From the NCBI RefSeq assembly GCF_006345805.1, contig NW_021826675.1, forward strand, positions 1 to 12,133: DNA of 12,133 nucleotides. Direction: 5' to 3'. Source of the stretch: Octopus sinensis (Eukaryota). The position numbers were made by a program, and so were the translations under genes. The number at the start of each line of letters is the position of its first letter. Positions within the stretch are counted from its first letter, which is position 1. Below are positions 1-9,046 of the stretch, piece by piece. The notes beneath the pieces were generated by a model, which was given only the letters and a program-made list of their open reading frames with translations, was not told where the DNA came from and searched no databases.

Positions 1-153
1 TGATGGAAACCCATTTATATAAAATATTTCGGTTTTGTATTTATTTGACAAGTTTCTTGTTAAATCGCATGCTGAAACCGAGGCAGTTGTGTCTTGGTAG
101 GATCAGCTTATCAGTACCCGCGTCTTTTTTTATTATCAGTATGACACACGCTT

Positions 154-413
154 GTAGAGGCGCGTGGCTTAGTGGTTAGGGTGTCAGCATCATGATCGTA
201 ACATTGTGGTTTCGATTCATGGACCGGGCGACGCGTTGTGTTCTTGAGAAAAGCACTTCATTTCACGTTGCTCCTGTCCACTCAGCGAGCAAAGATGAGT
301 AACGCTGCGATGGACTGGTGTCCCGTCTAGCTGGGGAACACGTACGCCATAGAAACTGGGAAACCGGGCCCATGAGCATGGCTAGACCTTAAAAGGGCGC
401 ATTTATCTATTTT
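154..413 (+). mobile_element. Full-length tRNA-derived SINE (type E) with CORE-like central domain
   Basis: Pol III A-box TGGCTTAGTGG at 165-175 and B-box-like GTTTCGATTC at 209-218. CORE-like segment ttgtgttcttgagaaaagcacttcatttc. Perfect 14-bp TSD tatgacacacgctt at 140-153 and 414-427. Confidence 0.9.
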
Positions 414-574
414 TATGACACACGCTTCACAAAATATTAAGCATATAGTTAGTATCTTCGATTACAGAATATTCCACAATTTTAAAGACCCTCCTTTAGT
501 CCTCAATGTCTTAGTACGCGCCCTAATGTATGATATTTTTGATTTTTAGTTTTAAGGTTTGTTATGTTATGTAT

Positions 575-926
575 AGGAGGCGCAATGGCCCAGTGGTTTC
601 GATTCCCAGACCAGGCGTTGTGAGTGTTTATTGAGCGAAAACACCTAAAGCTCCACGATGCTCCGGCGGGGGATGGTGGTGATCCCTGCTGTATTCTTTC
701 ACCACAACTTTCTCTCACTCTTACTTCCTGTTTCTGTTGTACCTGTATTTCAAAGGGCCGGCCTTGTCACTCTCTGTGTCACGCTGAATATCCCCGAGAA
801 CTATGTTAAGGGTGCACGTGTCTGTGGAGTGCTCAGCCACTTACACGTTAATTTCACGAGCAGGCTGTTCCGTTGATCGGATCAACCGGAACCCTCGTCG
901 TCGTAACATACGGAGTGCTTCCTCTC
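575..926 (+). mobile_element. tRNA-derived SINE (type B) with an internally deleted tRNA head
   Basis: Starts ggaggcgcaatggcccagtgg like the other heads, with the A-box fused directly to the B-box. Shares gagcgaaaacacctaaagctccacg with type C copies. 12-bp TSD tatgttatgtat at 563-574 and 927-938. Confidence 0.88.
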
Positions 927-1244
927 TATGTTATGTATGATGTTTTGATATATATCATATCTCCTGTTTGCGCTTGAAGGCTGACCTAGCCATCAAATTA
1001 ATACAGTTACGCCAAAGTTACGTAGTCTGTGGTTGATTCGTATAACCTGTCACATGGGTTCTGGGGCGAGGTTATTTTTTCTTTTTTCGCTTTGAATCAT
1101 AGCTTTAAATGCACAAAGACCTTATGACTGGAATATGTTAGAATGGTGAAATGTATTTCACCCAGTTCTTCCTTCGGTGTCGTTTGTGTATTCCTTTGTT
1201 GGAAGCATTCGGCCCAATATTTCTACCAATGGATACCATTTTTC

Positions 1245-1423
1245 CTCTTTTACTCTTTAACTTGTTTCAGTCATTTGACTGTGGCCATGCTGGAGTACCG
1301 CCTTTAATCGAGCAAATCGACCCCAGGATTTATTCTTTGGAAGCCTAGTATTTAATTTATCAGTTTCTTTTGCCGAATCGCTAAGTTATGGGGATATAAA
1401 CACACCAATATCGGTTGTCAAGC
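1245..1423 (-). mobile_element. 3' half of type A SINE
   Basis: Reverse complement aligns by eye to about 7915-8100 (cttgacaaccgat...ctggggtcgatttgctcga...cagtcaaatgactgaaacaag). Confidence 0.88.
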
Positions 1424-1632
1424 AGCGAAACACCTAAGCTCCACGCGGCTCCGGCAGAAGGTAATGGCGAACTTCTGCTGACTCTTTCGCCACAATTTTC
1501 TCTCACTCTTTCCTCCTGCATCTAGCAGCTCACCTGCGACGGACCGTCGTCCCGTCCAGGTAGGGAACCTATACGCCAAGGAACCGGAAAACCGGCCCTT
1601 ATGAGCCAGGCAAGGCTCGAGAAGGAACAAAC
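1424..1632 (+). mobile_element. 5'-truncated type C SINE
   Basis: Highly similar to 8640-8825 (agcgaaacacctaagctccacgcggctccggcagaagg...ccggcccttatg). Lacks the tRNA head. Confidence 0.9.
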
Positions 1633-1679
1633 GTTAATTAGATTTACCATCCATATTTATATATAAAATAATACATTTA

Positions 1680-1728
1680 GCCGCCATTTTTGATGGCACG
1701 TGACCAACTAGTTCTTTATAAACGTCAT
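1680..1728. promoter_or_regulatory. Motif cluster: YY1-like GCCGCCATTTT, E-box CACGTGAC, half-CRE ACGTCA
   Basis: Motifs at 1680-1690, 1697-1704 and about 1722-1727. Motif match only, with no functional evidence; could belong to a transposon. Confidence 0.2.
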
Positions 1729-1744
1729 ACGTAACAACATATAT

Positions 1745-2040
1745 CGAGCTCCAAGTGAGGTCGGCGGACTAACAGTCACGGCGTTTTTGGTAATTTCACC
1801 TCCTCAGTTGCAACTATTACTTAATCATTTAAAGCTAAGCCGAATTCTTTATACTTATAGATAAGAAACGGGAAAAAATATATTTTCTGGTGTATGCTGG
1901 GACTTGCAAAGCAAGAATTTAGTATATGCCCGCTATGTATAATTTTTCTATGTATAATATTCCGACTTAAACGCAAATAAATGAAGCCACTGAAAACAAA
2001 TCACTATATCTGTTAATCCGCTGACGTTACTTGGAGCTCG
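1745..2040. repeat. 296-bp segment bounded by 31-bp inverted repeats (candidate MITE)
   Basis: 1745-1775 cgagctccaagtgaggtcggcggactaacag versus reverse complement of 2010-2040 cgagctccaagtaacgtcagcggattaacag: 27/31 identical. No TSD seen. Confidence 0.7.
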
Positions 2041-2152
2041 GCTCAATGTCATTTTGCACAAAAAGTGTTTAGAGACGAAAAAAATTTCGAGACGAAATCC
2101 TACTGCGATTACTTTGTACTCTACAGATGATTGTTAAGTATGTGATATATAT

Positions 2153-2257
2153 AAACCCTCCTTCTTCCCTTCTTTCCTGAGCGTCAAATAATACTTTAAT
2201 TGTTCCACGTCCTCGCGTTACTGTGTTTTCTTCTGTGTTTTCTTGTTTGGATTTTTA

Positions 2258-2258
<1 letters not shown>
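2153..2258 (+). mobile_element. Probable Penelope-like terminal-repeat fragment
   Basis: ttcctgagcgtcaaataatac resembles ttcctgagcgccatactaatac at 5383-5404, which follows the hammerhead motif. Both continue through a T-rich tract into TA repeats. Confidence 0.5.
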
Positions 2259-2790
<532 letters not shown>

Positions 2791-2869
2791 TATCTATGTA
2801 TTGATGTTATGCTGGTCTGTGTATCATCCTCTATGCTTTGTGTTCGGCCCTGGTGGCCAATAAAGAAGG

Positions 2870-2882
2870 TATTATTATTATT

Positions 2883-2981
<99 letters not shown>

Positions 2982-3054
2982 GTTGTTGTTGTTGTTTTAT
3001 TATTATTTTATATTATTATTATTATTATATTATTATTATTATTATTATTATTAT
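2870..3054. repeat. Compound (TAT)n-(TGT)n-(TAT)n microsatellite
   Basis: Direct reading. Preceded by AATAAA at 2859-2864. Confidence 0.97.
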
Positions 3055-3568
3055 ATCGAGGAGGACGAGAAAGACAATAAAGAAGAGGAATGATAAGGAG
3101 TGATAGGAAGACGTGTAGAACAAGAAATACTAGCTGTGATGGCGGCGGTTGTGGAAGTGGTTGAGCTTGAAGCGATGGCTAAATTGCTAAGCCTGGAAAA
3201 GAGACGTTGACAACCAAACTGACTATAACGATGTCGATGATGACGGCGATGTTGTTGTTGTTGCTGTTGGTGTCGGTGTCGGTGGTGTTTAAAAGTGTGA
3301 TAAGACTGATGACAAACAGCTGACTGTGGAATTCCCCTCTTTTCAGATTTAACCCCATTCAAAATGAAGGGAAATTGTTAATGGTATTGTTTTTGTGATG
3401 ATGTAGTTAAGACCCAGATCAGACCAATATTCGAATGTATTCAATCTGTGACCATCATTTACTTTACTTGGTTGTTCTTTTTTTTGTTCTTTTTCCAAAA
3501 CCGTCATGTTTGGTTTGACAGAGATTTTGGCAATTATTTTTAGGTATTATTTTCCCTTGCTGACTCGT

Positions 3569-3594
3569 TATACACACACACACATATATGTATG

Positions 3595-3625
<31 letters not shown>

Positions 3626-3817
3626 GTTGTGTGTGTGTGTGGGTGTGTGTGAATATGTGATATATATATATATATATATATATACATATGTGTATGTAAA
3701 TATATATATATATATATGTATGTATATATATATATATACATGTATATATATATATATATATATGTAATATATATATATATATGTATATATATGTATATCT
3801 ATATATATATATGTATA

Positions 3818-3881
<64 letters not shown>
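3569..3881. repeat. (CA)n/(TG)n/(TA)n microsatellite
   Basis: Direct reading. Confidence 0.97.
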
Positions 3882-3885
<4 letters not shown>

Positions 3886-4007
3886 TTAATTAGAGACAAA
3901 ACCACTATTATGCAAATCAAACAAAGAAAGAAAGACTTAATCCAATACATAAAAAAAATTATATAAATCTGATTTTTCCCTGTAAGTTTGGATTTATTCC
4001 CTAATAT

Positions 4008-4064
<57 letters not shown>

Positions 4065-4140
4065 GTATATATATATGTATATATATGTATATATATATGT
4101 ATATATATGTATATATATATATGTGTGTGTATATATATAT

Positions 4141-4176
<36 letters not shown>
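4008..4176. repeat. (TTA)n-(TA)n microsatellite
   Basis: Direct reading. Confidence 0.95.
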
Positions 4177-4344
4177 GGCGTAGGAGTGGATGTGTGGAAG
4201 TAGCTTGCTTACGGAACACATGTTTCTGGATTCAGTCCAACTGCGTGGCACCTTGGGCAAGTGTCTTCTACTATAGCCTCGAGCCGACCAAAGCCTTGCG
4301 AGTGGATCTGGTAGACGGAAACTGAAAGAAGCCCGTCGTATATA

Positions 4345-4383
<39 letters not shown>

Positions 4384-4594
4384 GGGTGTGTGTGCGTGTA
4401 TATGTTTATGTGTCTGTGTTTTTCCCCCAACATCTCTTCACAACCGATGCTGGTGTATTTACGTCCCTCTAAAGTAGCGGTACGGCAAAAGAAACCGATA
4501 GAATATGTCCTGGGGTCGATTTGCTCGACTAAAGGTGTTGTTCCAGCATAGCCGCAGTCAAATGACTGAAACAAGTAATAGAGAAAAAGAGTAA
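4177..4594 (+). mobile_element. Full-length type A SINE (CORE-like, with internal (TA)/(TG) microsatellite)
   Basis: Degenerate tRNA-like head, CORE-like ccttgggcaagtgtctt, internal microsatellite at about 4338-4415, and tail cagtcaaatgactgaaacaag. Homologous copies at 5698, 7505 and on the minus strand. Confidence 0.92.
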
Positions 4595-4606
4595 ACACGT
4601 GAGTTT

Positions 4607-4812
4607 AATATATATATATTATATATATCTATATATATTATATACATATAGAAAGTGTGTGTTGTGTATGTGAGAGAGAGAGAGCGAAAGAGAAAGAGAG
4701 AAGGAAATCTATATATTATATATATATATATATATATATCTATATTTATGTATACATATGTATCTATCTATCTGTATGTGTGTGTGAGTGTGCGTCCGTG
4801 TGTATCTGTACA
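4607..4812. repeat. Mixed (TA)/(TG)/(GA) microsatellites
   Basis: Direct reading. Confidence 0.9.
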
Positions 4813-5192
4813 CACTAGTGCCGGTATTTGAAAAATATGAGATTTGATAGGCAATGTCTTACGTATGATCTAAAACATTCCACATTCTGTATTTCAGTTG
4901 TTCTAAAGCCATGATTGATTATCTTAACCCCATCACAGAGAAAATATTTGAAGCAAAAATCTGGCAAAAAAGAAAAGATTACATTCGTTGCTCGGCAAAT
5001 GTTACATTTTGTCCACTTCAAACCAGGGCGTCGGCTCTACAGCTGTCCAATGGATTGTCAGACGTTTGTGACAACGTAAAATTTAGGGCTGAATATAGTA
5101 CATACGTAAATATGTATGTGTGTTGTTTGTGTTTGCGCGTCTATGTATGCGTGTGTGTATATGTGCATATATCTGTATAACAATCCTAGCTA

Positions 5193-5478
5193 TTCTCTCC
5201 CTCCCTCTTTCTCTCTTTCTCGCTTTCTCTCTGTCTCTCTATCTCTCACTCAACCGCCATGATAGACCGTTAGCTCCTACACGCATTTTTTTCTCCCCTT
5301 GTTTTTTTTCTCTCCTTGTTTCTTTTGTGTGTATCTTTCTGTCGAAGAGCGTAGGCTCGAAACGTAAAAGACTTTTTTTTTATTCCTGAGCGCCATACTA
5401 ATACATTTGTTTGTTTGTACTCCACCTGCCTTCGTCTTTTGTTTCTTTTCGTAAACCTTCCCGTTATAAATATATATA
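5193..5478 (+). mobile_element. Probable Penelope-like element terminal repeat (pLTR) remnant
   Basis: CT-rich tract, then a minimal hammerhead motif, then a T-rich tract ending in TA repeats. No RT or GIY-YIG ORF is adjacent. Boundaries approximate. Confidence 0.6.
5334..5371 (+). ncRNA. Minimal type I hammerhead ribozyme-like motif (Penelope type, A6U core variant)
   Basis: Stem I UCUUU (5334-5338) pairs with AAAGA (5367-5371). Core CUGUCGA plus an extra A. Stem II GAGC-guag-GCUC, then GAAA. Loopless palindromic stem III ACGU. Predicted cleavage triplet GUA at 5364-5366. Confidence 0.65.
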
Positions 5479-5623
5479 ACACAATATACAAATGTGAAAA
5501 CTACTTTCTGTGTGTCAGTGTGTCACACTCCGGGCCCCTCTCTCATTGACACTCCTCCTATTGTTCATGCTGGGCTGAGAGTAATAGTAGGCATAGAGAC
5601 GGTGAGGGCGGTGGCGAAATCAG

Positions 5624-5669
5624 ACAGAGAGAGAGAGAGAGAGAGAGAGAAAAAGAGAGGGAGAGAAAG
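5624..5669. repeat. (GA)n microsatellite
   Basis: Direct reading. Confidence 0.9.
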
Positions 5670-5697
5670 AGTGACAAACAGCCCCACTGCGTTGAAC

Positions 5698-5999
5698 CTT
5701 AGGCCGACTAAAGCCTTGTGAGTGGATTTGGAAGACGGAAACTGAAAGAATCCCGTCGTATATCTAGGTGTGTGTGTGTGTGTGTGTGTGGTGAGTTCAT
5801 GTTTGTGGGTATGTGTTTCTCCCCCACCAACATCGCTTGACAACCGATGCTGGTGTGTTTACGTCCCCGTAACTTAGAGGTTCGGCAAAACAGACCGATA
5901 GAATAAGTTCTGGGGTTCTTTTGCTCGACTAAAGGCGGTGCTCCAGCATAGCCGCAGTCAAATGACTGAAGTACGTAGAAGAATAAAAGAATTAAAGAA
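5698..5999 (+). mobile_element. 5'-truncated type A SINE
   Basis: Aligns to about 4277-4590 and 7791-8100. Tail agaataaaagaattaaagaa. Confidence 0.92.
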
Positions 6000-6055
6000 C
6001 GTACTCAATGCATGGAGTGGAGTGTTATTGCTATGGCGGCTTTTAAGCTAATACT

Positions 6056-6122
6056 TATATATATATATATGTAGGCATGTGTGTGTGTATATATATCTAT
6101 ATATATACCTCGCTCAGAGATT

Positions 6123-6157
<35 letters not shown>

Positions 6158-6352
6158 TATATATATGTGTGTGTGTGTGTGTGTACATATATACAAACAT
6201 ATATAGATATAAAATATATATGTATATATATATATATATATAAACACACTTACACAGGCATTTTATATATTTTTCTGTATTTATGTATGTATGTACATAT
6301 TTATGCATATATATGTGTGTTAACTATAATGGGTATACATTATATATATTGA

Positions 6353-6415
<63 letters not shown>

Positions 6416-6425
6416 TATATATATA
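6056..6425. repeat. (TA)n/(TG)n microsatellite region
   Basis: Direct reading. Confidence 0.95.
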
Positions 6426-6431
6426 CAGAAT

Positions 6432-6510
6432 GAGAAAGAAAGAAAGAAGGAAAGAAAGAAAGAAAGAAAGAAAGAAAAAAGAAAGAAAGAAAAAAGAAAG
6501 AAAGAAGTAA
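6432..6510. repeat. (GAAA)n microsatellite
   Basis: Direct reading. Confidence 0.95.
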
Positions 6511-7314
6511 AGGAGGAAAGTTCGCAAGCCAGAAGTGCAATTCTTTTTAGCGATATTTTAGGTAGAGTTTCTTTTACATCAAAATATATTGAATTACTGC
6601 AAATTCTTTCCAGAAATATCGCTTCTATAAGCAACCTAAGCTTCCAGTCAAAATTACATTCACAAACTTCGTCAATTTTATCTTTGGCTATGAAAAACAC
6701 GTTGGCATATCAAGGTCTCCGACCTCTCTTAGTAGCACTGGCTTCGTATTCTTGACTAAAATTTGGTGTGTTGTTTTTTTTTTTTGTTATTTATATATTT
6801 CATGTATGTGAGACGAAACTACAGAGAACTGAAAGCCAACCAAGTAATAAAACAGATAATATTTCTACATATGTAGAACAAAACAAAAAAATATTAGGTC
6901 TTAGTTTCAGGTAAACTCAACTAATATAACTGTGATTTGTAATCTGGGCGCAAATCCGTTAATTTTTGTATGAAGTACCACGTCGATTTTATCATAATTA
7001 TTATACGACTCGAAGAGTATTCTGGTTGTTTTTCACACGCTGTAAAACTAAATTGAACTTGCTACTGCAACTGTGGCATAAGTATAAACAGAGAACTTCC
7101 AGCTATTTCTATATATATATGTAACACGACTTGAAGCTGACTTAATCTTTGTTTCTGTGTGAGTATTATTAGGTTTCTAAACAAATTACGTCCAGATTAT
7201 AAAGCATGATTTTTTTCAAGAACGGATTTAGCAAAGCGAAAATTTAATATCATTGGTGGAGGGATATGCGGAACTTATTTACCACATCGAGAGTATTCGC
7301 TGCTGGACATAAAT

Positions 7315-7400
7315 GAATTCTATTTTATCAACTTCACAAAACTGAAGGCAAAGTTGATCAGGCAGGTATTGAACCCTTGCAATAAAGTAATGCGACCGAA
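7315..7400 (-). mobile_element. Highly degenerate type D SINE core
   Basis: tattttatcaac...tgaaggcaaagttgatcaggcaggtattgaac resembles tatttaatcgacc...gaaaggcaaagtcgacctcggcggaatttgaac at 9670-9725. Confidence 0.55.
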
Positions 7401-7417
7401 TAGCTCACATTTTAGCG

Positions 7418-7498
7418 TTTATCTTTTATTTATTTCAGTCATTAGACTGCGGCCATGCTAGAGCATAACTTTGAAGGGATTTACTCGAACAAATTGAC
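7418..7498 (-). mobile_element. Old type A-related SINE, tail part (interrupted by a nested insertion)
   Basis: tttcagtcattagactgcggccatgctagagca is the reverse complement of the type A tail. The element continues at 8108-8230. Confidence 0.8.
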
Positions 7499-7504
7499 AT
7501 TACG

Positions 7505-8101
7505 TAGGAGTAGGAGTGGCTGTGTGATAAGTAGCTTGTTTACCAACCCCATGGTTCTGGGTTCAGTCCCACTGCGTGGCACCTTGGGCAAGTGTCTTCT
7601 ACTATGGCCTCGGGTCAACCAAAGCCTTGTGAGTGGATTTGCTAGAGGGAAACTGGAAGAATCCCGTCGTATATATATATATATTATATAATATATATAT
7701 ATGGCTGTGGTAAGTAGCTTGCTTACCAACCACATGGTTCTGGGTTCATTCCCACTACGAGGTACCTTCGGCAAGTGTCTTCTACTATAGCCTCGGGCTG
7801 ACCAAAGCCTTGTGAGTGGATTTGGTAGACGGAAACTGAAAGAAGCCCGTCGTAGATATGTATATGTATATGTGTGTATATATGTTTGTATGTCTGTGTT
7901 TGTACTCCCAACATCGCTTGACAACCGATGCTGGTGTGTTTACGTCCCCGTAACTTAGCAGTTCGGCAAAAGAGACCGATAGAATAATTACTAGGCTTAC
8001 AATGAATAAGTCCTGGGGTCGTTTGCTCGACTAAAGGCGATGCTCCAGCATGGCTACTGTCAAATGACTGAAACAAGTAAAAGAATAAAAGAGTAAAAGA
8101 G
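7505..8101 (+). mobile_element. Double-headed type A SINE nested in an older antisense copy
   Basis: Head 1 at 7505-7669, (TA)n, head 2 at about 7702-7852, then body and tail aaaagagtaaaagag. Candidate 6-bp TSD attacg at 7499-7504 and 8102-8107. Confidence 0.92.
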
Positions 8102-8107
8102 ATTACG

Positions 8108-8230
8108 ATTTATTTTGTAAGTCTAGTAATTATTCTACAGGTCTTTTATTTACCGAACCTGTAATCTACGGAGAAATAAACAAACCAGCACCCATTATCG
8201 TGTAGTAGAGGTAACAACCACAGACACAGC
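8108..8230 (-). mobile_element. Old type A-related SINE, continuation after the nested insertion
   Basis: ttttgtaagtctagtaattattct...ccgaacc...taaacaaaccagcacc resembles 1335-1410. Confidence 0.7.
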
Positions 8231-8289
8231 GACGTAATTATTCCAAAGTTCTACAGTGTGTGCTGTCTACCGTTTTTGCCGATAAAACA

Positions 8290-8532
8290 GGGGCGAGAGT
8301 TAGTCGACCACATCGATTCACATCGATCCCAGTAACTGACTTTATTTTATCGGCCACAGAAGAATACAAGGCAATGTTAACCTTGGCGTGGTTTGAACTG
8401 AAATTGGGAAGAGTCGGATGAAATGTCAGTGAGGATTAGTTATTGCAACGAATCTGATACTTGACAAGTGCCCTATCTTAACAGCCTAGGAAAAATTAAA
8501 GGCAAAGTTGACCGAGACTGGATTTGAAATCG
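8290..8532 (-). mobile_element. Two degenerate type D SINE cores
   Basis: ttagtcgaccacatcga...tttatcggcc...aaggcaatgttaaccttggcgtggtttgaact at about 8300-8400, and aaaggcaaagttgaccgagactggatttgaa at about 8498-8528. Confidence 0.6.
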
Positions 8533-8547
8533 ATACATCAAAAATCC

Positions 8548-8831
8548 GTGGAGGCACATGGCCTAGTGGTTAGAGCAGTGGACTCACGGTCGAGGGATCG
8601 TGGGTTCGAATCTCAGACCGGGCGATGTGTGTGTTTATGAGCGAAACACCTAAGCTCCACGCGGCTCCGGCAGAAGGTAATGGCTAACTTTGGCTGACTC
8701 TTTCGCCACAAATTTCTCTCACTCTTTCCTCCTGCATCTTGCAGCTCACCTGCGACGGACTGGCGTCCCGTCCAGGTGGGGAACCTATACACCATGGAAA
8801 CCGGGAAACCGGCCCTTATGTGCCGTGGCTC
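8548..8831 (+). mobile_element. Near full-length type C tRNA-derived SINE
   Basis: A-box TGGCCTAGTGG at 8559-8569 and B-box GGTTCGAATCTC at 8603-8614. Body matches 1424-1620. Confidence 0.93.
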
Positions 8832-8835
8832 TCCT

Positions 8836-8961
8836 GGAGCCACGTGGAAGCTTAGGTGTTTCGCTCATAAACACACACTTATTGTCCGGTCTGAGATTCG
8901 AACCCGCGATCCCTGGACCGCGAGTCCGCTGCTCTAACCACTAGGCCATGCGCCTCCACAC
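8836..8961 (-). mobile_element. Inverted 5' portion (head) of a type C SINE
   Basis: Reverse complement matches 8548-8669 with about 10 differences. Intact A and B boxes. Confidence 0.93.
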
Positions 8962-9046
8962 AATCCAAGTACATAACTGGTTCTTATTTGCTGAGATGGA
9001 TAAAAAGCGAAGTCCCCTCGGCAGAATATGCAGATGAAATAATCCC

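Noticed and set aside
2073-2097. Short direct repeat gagacgaaa x2
   Set aside because: 9 bp, compatible with local slippage or chance.
5055-5074. Small inverted repeat ttgtca...tgacaa
   Set aside because: 6-bp arms are expected by chance in 12 kb.
6530-6700. Minus-strand peptide DWKLRLLIEAIFL vaguely like the C-terminal helix of Penelope GIY-YIG endonucleases
   Set aside because: There is an in-frame stop just upstream and no GIY/YIG motif. The resemblance is too short to support; BLASTX would settle it.
8551-8622. tRNA gene calls at the SINE heads (also 157-225 and 8885-8957)
   Set aside because: A and B boxes are present, but I could not form a proper acceptor stem. Each head runs into a SINE body with no oligo-T terminator.
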